Assembly (NCBI RefSeq): GCF_902782855.1
Contig: NZ_CACZOO010000144.1
Span: 1 to 50,264, forward strand
DNA from: an uncultured Corynebacterium sp.
GTDB lineage: Bacteria > Actinomycetota > Actinomycetes > Mycobacteriales > Mycobacteriaceae
Reading direction: 5' to 3'
DNA length: 50,264 nt
The notes beneath the pieces are model-generated. The model did not search any database and was not told the DNA's origin. It was given only the letters and a program-made list of their open reading frames with translations. This document shows positions 29,409 to 39,652 of the stretch, piece after piece. Both the position numbers and the translations under genes were made by a program. The number at the start of each line of letters is the position of its first letter. The stretch's first letter is position 1.

Positions 29409-30340
29409 GCACCTGGGATCTGCTCCAGGTCGACTTCGTCCAGCACGCGCTGTGGGCGTCCCTGCTCCTCGGCATCGTCTCCGGGGCCGTCGCCCCGCTG
29501 ATCGTCATGCGCAAGATGAGCTTCGCCGCGCACGCCACCGGGGAACTCGCCCTGATGGGCGCGGCCGCCGCACTGCTGATCGGGGTGAGTGTCACCCTGG
29601 GGGCGGTACTCGGCGCGATCCTGGCGTCCGTGGTACTCGCGCTGCTCGGCATGCGTGAGCAGGATGCCACCACCGGCGTGGTCCTCGCCTTCGGCATGGG
29701 CCTGTCCGTACTGTTCATCTACCTCTACCCCGGTCGCACGTCCCAGGCCTACGCCCTGTTGACAGGGCAGATCGTGGGGGTGTCCGGGGCGTCCCTCGGG
29801 GTGCTCGCGGTGGTCACCGCGGTGGTGGTCGTCGTCGTCGGCGTGATCTGGCGTCCGCTGCTCTTCGCCACCGTCGACCCCGTGCTCGCTGCGGCGCACG
29901 GGGTGCCGGTCAAACTGCTCGCCGCGGTGTTCGCGGTAATCAGCGGCATCGTCGCATCTCAGGGGGTGCAGATCGTCGGGGCGCTGCTGCTGCTCGCACT
30001 GCTGATCACCCCGGGGGCGGCGGCGGTGAAGGTGACGGCGAACCCGGTGGTCTCCGTGGTCCTCTCCGCGGCCTTCGCCGTGGTCTCCGCGGCAGGCGGA
30101 CTGGTCCTGTCACTCGGACCGGGCCTGCCGGTGAGCCCGTTCGTCACCTCGATCAGCTTCGGTATCTACCTGGTGTGCCGGATCATCGGTCACCTCCGGG
30201 GACGCCGCGTGAACCGCGACATCTCCCGCGACATCTCCCGCGACGCCACGCCCGAATTCTCCCCCACCGAACCCGGCGCGGGAACCCACCACCACCGGGA
30301 GGTCGCGCCCGGCGGCCACGGGGCGGTCACCGGACCATGA
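29405..30340 (+). CDS. znuB: Zn/Mn ABC transporter permease
   Basis: RKMSFAAHATGELALMG, QIVGALLLLALLITPGAAA. Confidence 0.92.
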   Translation: MSTWDLLQVDFVQHALWASLLLGIVSGAVAPLIVMRKMSFAAHATGELALMGAAAALLIGVSVTLGAVLGAILASVVLALLGMREQDATTGVVLAFGMGLSVLFIYLYPGRTSQAYALLTGQIVGVSGASLGVLAVVTAVVVVVVGVIWRPLLFATVDPVLAAAHGVPVKLLAAVFAVISGIVASQGVQIVGALLLLALLITPGAAAVKVTANPVVSVVLSAAFAVVSAAGGLVLSLGPGLPVSPFVTSISFGIYLVCRIIGHLRGRRVNRDISRDISRDATPEFSPTEPGAGTHHHREVAPGGHGAVTGP

Positions 30341-30403
30341 GGACTCCCCCGGGTCGTGCGGAACAGGGCCCGGGTAGGGGGGTGTGGCGGCGTGGCGGGG
30401 ACG

Positions 30404-31357
30404 CTATCCGCGCACCCGCCGCTGCCTGGCGAACTCGCTGAGCACCACGCCTGCGGCGACCGAGGCGTTGAGTGACTCGACCGTCGAGGTCATCGGGATC
30501 GACAGGATGTCGTCACAGGTCTCCCCCACCAGCCGTGACAGGCCCTTGCCCTCCGACCCCACGACGACGACCACCGGGGTGGTGCCGTCGTAGGTGTCGA
30601 GGGTGTGACTGCCGCCGGCGTCGAGACCGACAACCTGGTAGCCGTTCTGCTGGAACTTCTTCAGTGAACGGACCAGGTTCGTCGCCCGGGCGACGGGCAG
30701 CCGCGCGGCGGTGCCGGCCGAGGTCCGCCAGGTCACCGCGGTGACCGAGGCGGAGCGTCGCTCCGGGATGACCACGCCGTGCCCGCCGAACGCGGCGACG
30801 GAGCGGATGACCGCACCGAGGTTGCGGGGGTCGGTGATGTTGTCGAGGACGACGATGAGACCGGGGCGTCCGGAATCCCTCGCCCTGTCGATGAGGTCAT
30901 CGTCGGTGGCGTACGTGTACGGCGGGACCTGCAGGCCGATGCCCTGGTGCATGCCGTTGCCGGTCATGCGGTCGAGCTCGTCACGGGCGACCTCGAGCAC
31001 CGGGATGCCGCGCTCGGCGGCGGTGTGCACGGCCTCCGACAGCCGGTCGTCGTTGCCGGTGCCCAGTGCCACGTAGAGGGCGGTCGACGGGACGCGCGCG
31101 TGGAGGCACTCGATAACAGGGTTACGCCCCACCACCAGCTCGGGCGTGGTGTCCGGGTCCCTCTTCGCCTGGCGGCCGGAATCCCGGCGTTCAGCGGCCT
31201 TCTTCGCCTTGTACTTCGCGTGGTAGACGCGGTCCTCCGCCTTCGGGGTCGCCTTCTTGCCCTTGAGCCCCCGCCGGACCTGCCCGCCGGACCCCTTTGT
31301 CGATCCCTTGCGCTCGGTCTTGCGCACCGCGCCACGGCGCCTGTCGTTTCCTGCCAT
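30404..31357 (-). CDS. rlmB: 23S rRNA (G2251-2'-O)-methyltransferase, SpoU family
   Basis: [44 protein letters not shown]. Confidence 0.94.
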   Translation of the reverse strand: MAGNDRRRGAVRKTERKGSTKGSGGQVRRGLKGKKATPKAEDRVYHAKYKAKKAAERRDSGRQAKRDPDTTPELVVGRNPVIECLHARVPSTALYVALGTGNDDRLSEAVHTAAERGIPVLEVARDELDRMTGNGMHQGIGLQVPPYTYATDDDLIDRARDSGRPGLIVVLDNITDPRNLGAVIRSVAAFGGHGVVIPERRSASVTAVTWRTSAGTAARLPVARATNLVRSLKKFQQNGYQVVGLDAGGSHTLDTYDGTTPVVVVVGSEGKGLSRLVGETCDDILSIPMTSTVESLNASVAAGVVLSEFARQRRVRG

Positions 31358-31441
31358 GGGGGCCATACTATCCGTCTGTACCGGTCAACCTCTATTCATG
31401 ACCCTGTCCCCCGCGCGGTGGTGGGCGTATCCTGATCGGTC

Positions 31442-32851
31442 ATGGAAACCACGCCACCGTTCTCGGCATCCTCACCATCCTCGCTCTCCACCGGGTCGCT
31501 CACCCGCACCGAACGCCTCGACCGGCTACCGGTGAAGAAGAAGCACACGAGACTGCTCACCGGCTCGGGCATCGGCTGGGCACTCGATGCCATGGACGTC
31601 GGACTCATCGGTTTCATCATGGCGGCCCTGACCGTCCACTGGGATCTCTCCAGGACGGAAACCTCCTGGATCGCCTCGATCGGATTCATCGGCATGGCCC
31701 TGGGTGCGACCTTCGGGGGCCTGCTCGCCGACCGGTTCGGACGCCGCCACGTCTTCGCCGTCACGCTGCTGGTCTACGGCCTGGCGACGGGAGCGGCGGC
31801 CCTGTCCACCGGGCTGGTCATGCTGCTCGTACTGAGGTTCATCATCGGACTGGGCCTGGGCGCGGAACTGCCGGTGGCGTCCACCCTGGTCTCGGAGTTC
31901 TCACCGCGTGCGGTACGTGGCCGGATGGTTGTCCTGCTCGAGGCGTTCTGGGCGGTCGGGTGGATCGCTGCGGCAATCATCGGCACGCTGGTGGTCCCGA
32001 TGAACGACGACGGCTGGCGCTGGGCCTTCGCCATCGGAGTCATCCCCGCAGCCTATGCGTTGGTGGTGCGGCTCTCACTGCCGGAATCGGTGCGCTTCCT
32101 CGAGTCGAAGGGACGCCACGCCGAGGCGGAGGCCACGGTCCGCGAATTCGAGGCGAGTGAACCGACGGCCGGGTTCCTTCAGGCACCGACCCCGTCCGCG
32201 ACCGACCGTATCCTCGACGAATCCCAGCGGGACGCCGCGATCACCGGTTCCGCCGAACCGGTGGACTCCATCTGGGCGCCGTCGATGCGCCGGCGCACCG
32301 CCGCGTTCTGGACCGTGTGGTTCTGCATCAACCTCAGCTACTACGGGGCGTTCACGTGGATCCCGTCGATCCTGGCGTCCAACGGGTACTCCCTGGTGAA
32401 GTCCTTCACCTTCACCCTGATCATCACCATCGCACAGTTGCCCGGCTACGCCTGCGCGGCCTGGCTCATCGAGAAGTGGGGACGCCGCATCACGCTCACC
32501 ACCTTCCTCATCGGCTCGGCGTGCGCCGCCGGGCTCTACGGACTGGCGGACGCCGAGTGGTCGATCATCGTCGCCGGCTGCCTGCTGTCCTTCTTCAACC
32601 TCGGTGCCTGGGGTGCGCTCTACGCCGTCGGGCCGGAGCTGTACCCCACTCCGATGCGGGCGACAGGGACGGGCGCGGCGACCGGCTTCGGACGCATCGC
32701 CTCGATCATCGCCCCGCTCATCGTGCCGCCACTGCTGGTCTTCGGTGGCACCGGTATCCTCTTCGCCCTGTTCGGTGTGGCCTTCGCCATCGCCGCGGTG
32801 GCCGCGTTCACCCTGCCGGAGCTCAAGGGCACCGCGCTGGCGGAGCGGTAG
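31442..32851 (+). CDS. MFS transporter (NiaP / aromatic acid-like family)
   Basis: GWALDAMDVG, GLLADRFGRR, GLGAELPVAST, PESVRFL, ELYPTPMRATG. Confidence 0.92.
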   Translation: METTPPFSASSPSSLSTGSLTRTERLDRLPVKKKHTRLLTGSGIGWALDAMDVGLIGFIMAALTVHWDLSRTETSWIASIGFIGMALGATFGGLLADRFGRRHVFAVTLLVYGLATGAAALSTGLVMLLVLRFIIGLGLGAELPVASTLVSEFSPRAVRGRMVVLLEAFWAVGWIAAAIIGTLVVPMNDDGWRWAFAIGVIPAAYALVVRLSLPESVRFLESKGRHAEAEATVREFEASEPTAGFLQAPTPSATDRILDESQRDAAITGSAEPVDSIWAPSMRRRTAAFWTVWFCINLSYYGAFTWIPSILASNGYSLVKSFTFTLIITIAQLPGYACAAWLIEKWGRRITLTTFLIGSACAAGLYGLADAEWSIIVAGCLLSFFNLGAWGALYAVGPELYPTPMRATGTGAATGFGRIASIIAPLIVPPLLVFGGTGILFALFGVAFAIAAVAAFTLPELKGTALAER

Positions 32852-32879
32852 GTTTTTTTGGGGGGGTGTCCCTCCGTCA

Positions 32880-33057
32880 GCACCGGTACCGAGCGTGCTG
32901 CAGAGGCGCTGCTGTGTCGCCGGTGTCGCCGCCAGTGTCGCCGCCGGAACCGAGCGTGCTGCAGTGTCGCTACCAGTACCGTGATGCGGAAGTCAGGTAC
33001 CTGATTACCGCATCTCGGTACTGGTGGCAGATGTGCTGCCATCTCGGTACTGGTGGC
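32880..33057. repeat. REP/MITE-like palindromic element cluster, copy A (60-bp core 32969-33028)
   Basis: GCTACCAGTACCGTGATGCGGAAGTCAGGT|ACCTGATTACCGCATCTCGGTACTGGTGGC plus extra half-units at about 32881, 32942 and 33043. Confidence 0.8.
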
Positions 33058-33129
33058 TGCAGGTCATGGAGCGATCAGTCCTCTCGCATAGCTCCGCCAG
33101 GCCGAAGCGCATCTGCTACGACCACCTGA

Positions 33130-33481
33130 TTCTTCCCGTAATCCGTCGGCGGAGGACGGGTTCCCCGTTTCCCCGGAGACTCCGGATGCACTATCCGGTG
33201 ACCGGTGAGAGTCGGGGCACTTACGCATCGTCGATGGGCTGGCCACACTCGGCCGCGATCCCGCCCTCACCGATGAAGGCGTGGAGACCCTGGAATTCGT
33301 CCAGAATCAGTCCGACGCAGAACCGATGACGCTCCCGACCGTCCTCGGCATCGGTCAGCGAACCTCCTCATGCAACATGTTCACGGTACTCACAGATCCC
33401 GCTGTCCCCGCCACAGAATCCCGGATCTGTGAGCGCCGCAGTCCGTGGACAGTGTGTTCGGGACGCATGGGTCACCCCTGA
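33130..33481 (+). pseudogene. Possible decayed gene fragment
   Basis: Coding-like frame ...DALSGDR*ESGHLRIVDGLATLGRDPALTDEGVETLEFVQNQSDAEPMTLPTVLGIGQ with an in-frame TGA; family not recognised. Confidence 0.3.
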
Positions 33482-33684
33482 CACACCACCAGTTCATCGG
33501 CGTCCTGCACTGCGCCGAGGGCACCACCCGCAGGTCCAGCCGTCCGCACCCGGGTGTTCCACACCTCAGCGGAACGGGCGGTCTGTCACCGGAAGACTGC
33601 GCGGCAACCCGTCCCCGCACCGTCAGCGCCCACCGGAACGACTTCCGGCACCGGAAGATCCGGTGGCAGGACTCCGGTCACCAA

Positions 33685-35109
33685 CTACCCCAGCGACCAG
33701 GTCGCACCGTCCGCCGAATCGGCGACGGCGATGCCGGCCGACTTCAACCGGTCGCGCACGGCGTCCGCGGTGGCGTAGTCCTTCTCTGCACGCGCCGTCG
33801 CCCGGCGCTCCAGCTCGGCACGCACCAGCACGTCAAGGGCATCAAGAGCCTCGGAGGACGCCCCGGCGCCGATGCCCTGGCCACGACCCCGGGAATCCTC
33901 CCCGGCCCAGGTGTCCGAGAGCGGGTCCACGCCGAGGACGCCCATCATCGCGCGCACCTCACCTGCGATCCGCCCGACAACGTCACGGTCACCGGCGTCG
34001 AGCGCGGCATTGCCCGAACGCACGGCGTCCTGGATGACGGCGAGCGCGGCGGGCACGGCGAGGTCGTCGTCCAGGGCCTCCTCGAACTCCGGACGCCACT
34101 GACCGACAACGACCGAATCAGCACCCAGCAGCTCCACCGCCCGGTCGAGGAACTTCTCGATCTTCCGGAAACCGGCGGCGGCGTCCTGCAGGGCCTTCTC
34201 CGAGTACTCCAGCATCGAGCGGTAGTGCGCCGAGCCGAGGTACCAGCGCAGCTCGATCGGCCGCACCTGGGTCAGCACGTTGGGCACGGAGAGCACGTTG
34301 CCCAGGGACTTCGACATTTTCTCCCCCGACATCGTCACCCAGCCGTTGTGCATCCAGTGGTTGGCGAAGGCGTCCCCCGCGGCGTGCGCCTGGGCTGCCT
34401 CGTTCTCGTGGTGCGGGAACTGCAGGTCCATCCCACCGGCGTGGATGTCGAAGGATCCGCCGAGATACTTCCGGGACATCGCCGAGCACTCGATGTGCCA
34501 CCCGGGACGGCCGAAGCCCCACGGGGTGTCCCAGCCGGGCTCGCCTGGCTTCGCTGCCTTCCACAGGGCGAAGTCACGCGGGTCCTCCTTGCCGGCGGCG
34601 GCGTCCTCCCCCTGGTCGAGCTCGTCGAGCTTCTGGTGGGACAGGAAACCGTAGTCCGGCACCTGCGCGGTCCGGCAGTACACCGATCCGTCGGCGGTGG
34701 CGTAGGCCAGACCGTTGTCGATGATGCGCCGGATATAGGCGATCATCTCCGGGATGTGCCCGGTCGCCCGGGGTTCGATCGACGGCGGGGTGACGCCCAG
34801 CAGGTCGTACGCGCGGGTGAAGGCACGCTCGTGGGTCGCCGCCCACTCCCACCAGGGGCGGTTGTTCTCCGCGGACTTGGCGAGGATCTTGTCGTCGATG
34901 TCGGTAACATTGCGGACGAACGCGACATCGAGACCCTTCGCCGTGAGCCAGTTACGCAGGATGTCGAAGGCCACACCGGAACGCACGTGCCCGATGTGCG
35001 GAACGGACTGCACGGTCGCACCGCACAGGTAAACGCTCGCATGCCCCTCCCGCAGGGGGACGAAGTCACGGAGTTCACGGGTCGCGGTGTCGAAGATGCG
35101 CAGAGTCAC
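33685..35109 (-). CDS. cysS: Cysteine--tRNA ligase
   Basis: [49 protein letters not shown]; GTG start at 35109. Confidence 0.97.
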   Translation of the reverse strand: MTLRIFDTATRELRDFVPLREGHASVYLCGATVQSVPHIGHVRSGVAFDILRNWLTAKGLDVAFVRNVTDIDDKILAKSAENNRPWWEWAATHERAFTRAYDLLGVTPPSIEPRATGHIPEMIAYIRRIIDNGLAYATADGSVYCRTAQVPDYGFLSHQKLDELDQGEDAAAGKEDPRDFALWKAAKPGEPGWDTPWGFGRPGWHIECSAMSRKYLGGSFDIHAGGMDLQFPHHENEAAQAHAAGDAFANHWMHNGWVTMSGEKMSKSLGNVLSVPNVLTQVRPIELRWYLGSAHYRSMLEYSEKALQDAAAGFRKIEKFLDRAVELLGADSVVVGQWRPEFEEALDDDLAVPAALAVIQDAVRSGNAALDAGDRDVVGRIAGEVRAMMGVLGVDPLSDTWAGEDSRGRGQGIGAGASSEALDALDVLVRAELERRATARAEKDYATADAVRDRLKSAGIAVADSADGATWSLG

Positions 35110-35133
35110 ACCGTCATTGTAGGAGAGAAGCAG

Positions 35134-36009
35134 ATGAAACTTGCCACAGCCCGGATCGACGGCGCGGGAACCGTCGCCACCGTCCTCGTCGACGACAGCA
35201 CCACCGCAGACGCCGCCACCATCACCGGCCGCGTGGTGGAGCGCTGCGATCTCGGCACCCTGCTGGCGAAGACCCCCGGTGACCTCACCGCCAAGGTGGA
35301 GACCGGCCTGCGCCGCGACGGAACCGCCGTCACCCTGGGCCGCGCCGACCTCCTCCCGCTGATCCCCCGGCCGGGCAAGGCACTGTGCGTCGGCCTGAAC
35401 TACCGGGAGCACATCGTGGAGATGGGGCACCCCGTCCCCGAGCACCCGACCCTGTTCGCCAAGTTCGCCACCGCCCTGACCGGGCCGTTCACCGACGTCA
35501 CTGTGCCGGAGCACCTGTCCGCGAAGGCCGACTACGAGGGCGAGCTGGCGGTCGTCATCGGCCGCCGCCTTGCCGGCGCCGCCGGTGGTGCCTCCGAGGA
35601 GGACGCCCGTGCCGCCATCGTCGGCTACGCGGTCGCCAACGACTTCTCGCAGCGCGACTGGCAGTACCGCACGCAGCAGTGGCTGCAGGGCAAGAACCTC
35701 GACGCGTCCTCCGGCCTCGGTCCCTGGCTGACCACGGGCGTCGACCCCGTCGCCGAGGGTGCGGTGCTGCGCACCCGGGTCAACGGGGAACTGCGCCAGG
35801 AGCACTCCACCGCCGACCTGGTGTTCAAGCCGGTGGACCTGGTGCGTTACATCTCCGAGTTCACGACCCTGGAGCCGGGTGACGTCATCATCACCGGCAC
35901 CCCGGAAGGTGTGGGCGCCGGGACGGACCGCTTTCTCGCCGACGGCGACGTGGTCACCGTGGAGATCGACGGCCTCGGTTCCGTGGAGACGACCGTCCGG
36001 ATCGGATGA
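35134..36009 (+). CDS. Fumarylacetoacetate hydrolase family protein
   Basis: [50 protein letters not shown]; AGGAG RBS. Confidence 0.93.
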   Translation: MKLATARIDGAGTVATVLVDDSTTADAATITGRVVERCDLGTLLAKTPGDLTAKVETGLRRDGTAVTLGRADLLPLIPRPGKALCVGLNYREHIVEMGHPVPEHPTLFAKFATALTGPFTDVTVPEHLSAKADYEGELAVVIGRRLAGAAGGASEEDARAAIVGYAVANDFSQRDWQYRTQQWLQGKNLDASSGLGPWLTTGVDPVAEGAVLRTRVNGELRQEHSTADLVFKPVDLVRYISEFTTLEPGDVIITGTPEGVGAGTDRFLADGDVVTVEIDGLGSVETTVRIG

Positions 36010-36073
36010 TTTTGCTAGGGTGTACTAAAAGCTGACGCCAGCGTCGATCACCAGTGATCCCCACCCGAGGAGA

Positions 36074-36685
36074 ATGCCGATGACCATCACCCTGTCTCTC
36101 CGATCCCCCGTCGCCCGCCGTTCCGCCGCCGTCGCCGCAGCCGCCGTCCTCGGCCTCGGGATTGCCGCCTGCTCGGGCGACGACGATACTCCGGAGGACG
36201 CCAACGCGCGGGCCTCCGAGGCCGCCGAGCAGGCGATCTCCGAGCTCGACCAGGGGACGGGGGAAGGCAGCCCCGACACCCCGGACACCCCCGCCGGCGA
36301 CCCCGGTGACCCGCAGATCACCGCGGACAGGACCCAGGATCTCGCCGACGGTGACGAGATCACCGTCACCGTCCGCGGTCTCGACACCTCGGCCGGGTAC
36401 TACCTGGGGATCTGCAAGGTCGGCACCGGAGCGGACGCGGCGGGCGAGGGCGGTGCACCGGACTGCACCGGCGACCGTTCCTCCTCGAAGTGGATCGCCG
36501 CGGCTTCCGAGCAGCGCGCCACCGATCATTTCGATACCGACGGCAATGCCGAGGTCACCCTCACCGTCGCTGAGCGGGGGGACGCCGTGGACTGCTCCGT
36601 CGACGAGTGCGCCATCAAGGTCTTCGGCGACCACAAGAACGGGTTCCGCGCCGTGGGCGAGGCCCCGGTCGCCTTCGCGTCCTGA
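36074..36685 (+). CDS. Lipoprotein with a neocarzinostatin-apoprotein-like domain
   Basis: Lipobox GIAAC; DLADGDEITVTVRGL..YYLGIC..C..DGNAEVTLTV..VDCSVDEC..PVAF parallels the NCS apoprotein, with four Cys. Confidence 0.75.
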   Translation: MPMTITLSLRSPVARRSAAVAAAAVLGLGIAACSGDDDTPEDANARASEAAEQAISELDQGTGEGSPDTPDTPAGDPGDPQITADRTQDLADGDEITVTVRGLDTSAGYYLGICKVGTGADAAGEGGAPDCTGDRSSSKWIAAASEQRATDHFDTDGNAEVTLTVAERGDAVDCSVDECAIKVFGDHKNGFRAVGEAPVAFAS

Positions 36686-36754
36686 CCCCACCCCGACCCC
36701 GGGGCCCGACCCGGAACTTGTTCACGGGACCTGTTTGCGGGGCTCTGCGGAGCG

Positions 36755-37339
36755 TCAGTCCTCGTCGAGCTCCTCATCGAGGTCGACGGTGTGCTTCGGA
36801 TCCTCACCGGCGGCTGCGGCGGCACGGGCGGCGGCTGCGGCCTCACGGTGGCGGACCACTGCGTGTTCCAGCCAGCCGATGACCTCGTCGGCCTTCTTGT
36901 CGTCGACACCCTCGGCGAGCGCGAGCTCCCCGACGAGCACCTGACGGGCCTTGGCCAGCATGCGCTTCTCGCCGGCGGACAACCCGCGGTCCTGGTCGCG
37001 GCGCCACAGGTCGCGGACGACCTCGGCGACCCGGTTGACGTCGCCGGAGGCGAGACGCTCCTGGTTCGCCTTGTAGCGACGGGACCAGTTACCCGCCTCC
37101 TCGACATCGGTCTCGCGCAGGACCGAGAAGACCTTCTGCAGCCCCTCCTCGCCGACGACATCGCGCACGCCGACGAGCTCCGCGTTGGCCGCCGGAACCT
37201 TCACCAGAAGATCACCCTGGAGGATACGTAGAACCAGGTAGTCGACGGTCTCGCCCTTGAACTCCCGCTGCTCGATTCCCTTGACCTCTGCGGCACCGTG
37301 GTGGGGGTAGACGACAACGTCCCCGATGTTGAACTCCAT
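36755..37339 (-). CDS. carD: CarD transcription factor
   Basis: [41 protein letters not shown]. Confidence 0.97.
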   Translation of the reverse strand: MEFNIGDVVVYPHHGAAEVKGIEQREFKGETVDYLVLRILQGDLLVKVPAANAELVGVRDVVGEEGLQKVFSVLRETDVEEAGNWSRRYKANQERLASGDVNRVAEVVRDLWRRDQDRGLSAGEKRMLAKARQVLVGELALAEGVDDKKADEVIGWLEHAVVRHREAAAAARAAAAAGEDPKHTVDLDEELDED

Positions 37340-37483
37340 GACGGTCAAGTCTACCACCGCGCTCCCCCCGCCCTCCCCCGCCAGGGCCGCTCCGGCGGGC
37401 CGCTGAGTAGGTAACCGCGGTGTGCAGGGGCTACGCTGGACCTCGACTGCAGTACGACGTATGCCTCAATGGAGGAGAAGACA

Positions 37484-38086
37484 GTGAAGCACCTGAAGTC
37501 CCCCGCCGCCCGCGGCGCACTCGCCCTGGCCGCCGGTTCCGTGGCACTGACCCTCACCGCCTGCGGTGCCGGCCAGATCTCGCAGACCGCCAACCAGGTC
37601 CCCGCCGTGAACGGCACCAACGGTCAGATCGGTGACGCGGTGGTCCGCGACGTGAGCCTGATCATCCAGGAGGACAACTCGGTGGCGCTGAAGTTCAACG
37701 CCTCCAACCAGGCCATCAAGGACAACCCGATCACACTGTCCTCCGTCAAGGTCGAGGACGCCACCTTCGACCTCGGCGGCGCGAAGACCATCGACGGCCG
37801 CTGCAACCTTGTCGCGGATTCCGCCCAGGGTCTCGAGGACATGCGGGCGGACGCCGCCGACGCGGCCCTCGGCGCCGACTCCTGCACCAAGTACCTGGCC
37901 ACCTCGCTCGAGGGTGCTGACTTCTACCCGGGCGCGTCCCGCAACGTCACCTTCACCTTCGACGAGGGCCAGATCGAGATCAACGCCCCGATCGCGTCCT
38001 ACTACGCCCCGGCAGGCGCCCTGCACCGCGACCAGGACGGCGTGACCAAGGACGGCGGCAAGCTCGGCGACCTTCCCGCCCACTAG
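37484..38086 (+). CDS. lpqE: LpqE-like lipoprotein
   Basis: LTACGAGQISQTANQVPAVNG; conserved position between carD and radA. Confidence 0.8.
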   Translation: MKHLKSPAARGALALAAGSVALTLTACGAGQISQTANQVPAVNGTNGQIGDAVVRDVSLIIQEDNSVALKFNASNQAIKDNPITLSSVKVEDATFDLGGAKTIDGRCNLVADSAQGLEDMRADAADAALGADSCTKYLATSLEGADFYPGASRNVTFTFDEGQIEINAPIASYYAPAGALHRDQDGVTKDGGKLGDLPAH

Positions 38087-38183
38087 GCGGCATCAGGCCG
38101 ACGACCTGACTCATCGAACGCGCGTTCCCCTTGTACGGGTGGCGCGCGTTCTCCGTGTCCGGGTCGCGGATAGGCTGTCATCC

Positions 38184-39638
38184 ATGGCGAAGAAGTCCCC
38201 AGGCTACGAATGCTCCTCCTGCGGCCACCGCGTGTCCAAGTGGGTGGGCAGGTGCCCGTCCTGCGGTGGATGGGGAACCGTGGAGGAGGTCTCACCCGCA
38301 CTTCTCACTGCGTCCACCCCGGCGACCGGAGCAGGTTCGCGGAGAGGGGTGGTGTCCCTGTCCGGTCTGGCACCCGCCTCACCTGCCCGGAAGGTCACCG
38401 ACATCGACCCCACCGGGGCGGTGCACCGGCCCAGCGGCATCGGCGAACTCGACCGCGTTCTCGGCGGTGGTGTGGTGCCCGGCAGTGCGGTTCTGCTGGC
38501 CGGGGAACCCGGCGTCGGCAAGTCGACACTGCTGCTCGAGGTCGCCAACCGGTGGGCGCGGCAGGAGCGCAGCGTCCTGTACATCACCGCCGAGGAATCG
38601 GTCGGTCAGGTCCGGCAGCGGGCCGGGCGCACCGACGCCCTGTCACCGAACCTCTGGCTCGCCGCCGAACATGACCTGGAGACCGCCCTGGGGCAGATCG
38701 AGGTGACCCGTCCCGAACTGGTCATCGTGGATTCGTTGCAGACCCTGCACGCCACCGGGGTGGAGGGGGTGGCCGGTGGTGTGGCGCAGACCCGGGCCGT
38801 CGCCGCGGCACTGACCACCTTCGCCAAGACCACCGGCATCCCGGTGCTCCTGGTCGGTCACGTCACCAAGGACGGCGCCGTCGCGGGCCCGCGGACCGTC
38901 GAGCACCTGGTGGACGTGGTGCTGCAGTTCGAGGGCGACAGGCACAGCGCACTGCGGTTCCTCCGCGGTCAGAAGAACCGTTTCGGGGCCACCGATGAGG
39001 TCGGCTGTTTCGAGCAGACCGGCGAGGGGATCCGGGAGGTTCCCGACCCCTCCGGCCTGTTCCTCAACCAACGGGACGAACCGGTCTCGGGTACGGCGGT
39101 CACCGTGCTCATGGACGGACGACGTGCGATGCCCGGGGAGATCCAGACGCTCGCCCTGGACACCGACCAGCACAATCCCCGCCGGGTGGTGACCGGCGTC
39201 GACACCGGTCGGGTGGCGACCATCCTCGCCGTGCTCGCCCGTCGCTGCGGCATCGATCTCATGGGGCACGAGGTGTACGTGGCGACGGTCGGCGGCATGA
39301 GGATCAGTGAACCGGCGGCGGATCTGGCCACCGCGATCGCGCTGGCCTCCACCCGGCATGACAGGGTCCTGCCGGACGGTCTCGTCGCAGTCGGCGAACT
39401 CGGGTTGGGAGGTGAGGTCCGGCGCGTCCCGGATCTCCGCCTGCGACTGTCCGAGGCCGCCAGACTGGGGTTCACCTCGGCCATCGTGCCGGCGTCCACC
39501 CGCGACGCCGACCGGGTGCGGGTGAAGGGCCTGCGCATCATCCCCGTACGGACGTTGGGTGAGGCCCTGGACCACCTGGGGCTGGCCGGACGCGCCGAGC
39601 GCAGGCACCCGGAGCGCCGGAGGCGGGACCGGGACTGA
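38184..39638 (+). CDS. radA: DNA repair protein RadA/Sms
   Basis: C4 zinc finger CSSC..CPSC, GEPGVGKS, VDSLQ, GHVTKDG, KNRFG, GELGLGGEVR. Confidence 0.97.
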   Translation: MAKKSPGYECSSCGHRVSKWVGRCPSCGGWGTVEEVSPALLTASTPATGAGSRRGVVSLSGLAPASPARKVTDIDPTGAVHRPSGIGELDRVLGGGVVPGSAVLLAGEPGVGKSTLLLEVANRWARQERSVLYITAEESVGQVRQRAGRTDALSPNLWLAAEHDLETALGQIEVTRPELVIVDSLQTLHATGVEGVAGGVAQTRAVAAALTTFAKTTGIPVLLVGHVTKDGAVAGPRTVEHLVDVVLQFEGDRHSALRFLRGQKNRFGATDEVGCFEQTGEGIREVPDPSGLFLNQRDEPVSGTAVTVLMDGRRAMPGEIQTLALDTDQHNPRRVVTGVDTGRVATILAVLARRCGIDLMGHEVYVATVGGMRISEPAADLATAIALASTRHDRVLPDGLVAVGELGLGGEVRRVPDLRLRLSEAARLGFTSAIVPASTRDADRVRVKGLRIIPVRTLGEALDHLGLAGRAERRHPERRRRDRD

Positions 39639-39652
39639 CCGCTCCCCGGTGC

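Noticed and set aside
32880-33057. Possible CRISPR array
   Set aside because: Units occur in both orientations, are about 15 bp with irregular spacing, and there are no cas genes; better explained as REP-like
33200-33215. In-frame TGA as selenocysteine or readthrough in the 33130-33481 frame
   Set aside because: No recognisable selenoprotein context or SECIS; a nonsense mutation or non-coding DNA is simpler
33445-35133. Apparent 563-aa N-terminal extension of the FAH protein (854-aa ORF), and the reciprocal extension of cysS to 35805
   Set aside because: Shadow frames of the opposite gene; true starts are supported by the RBS at 35134 and the -10 element/homology at 35109
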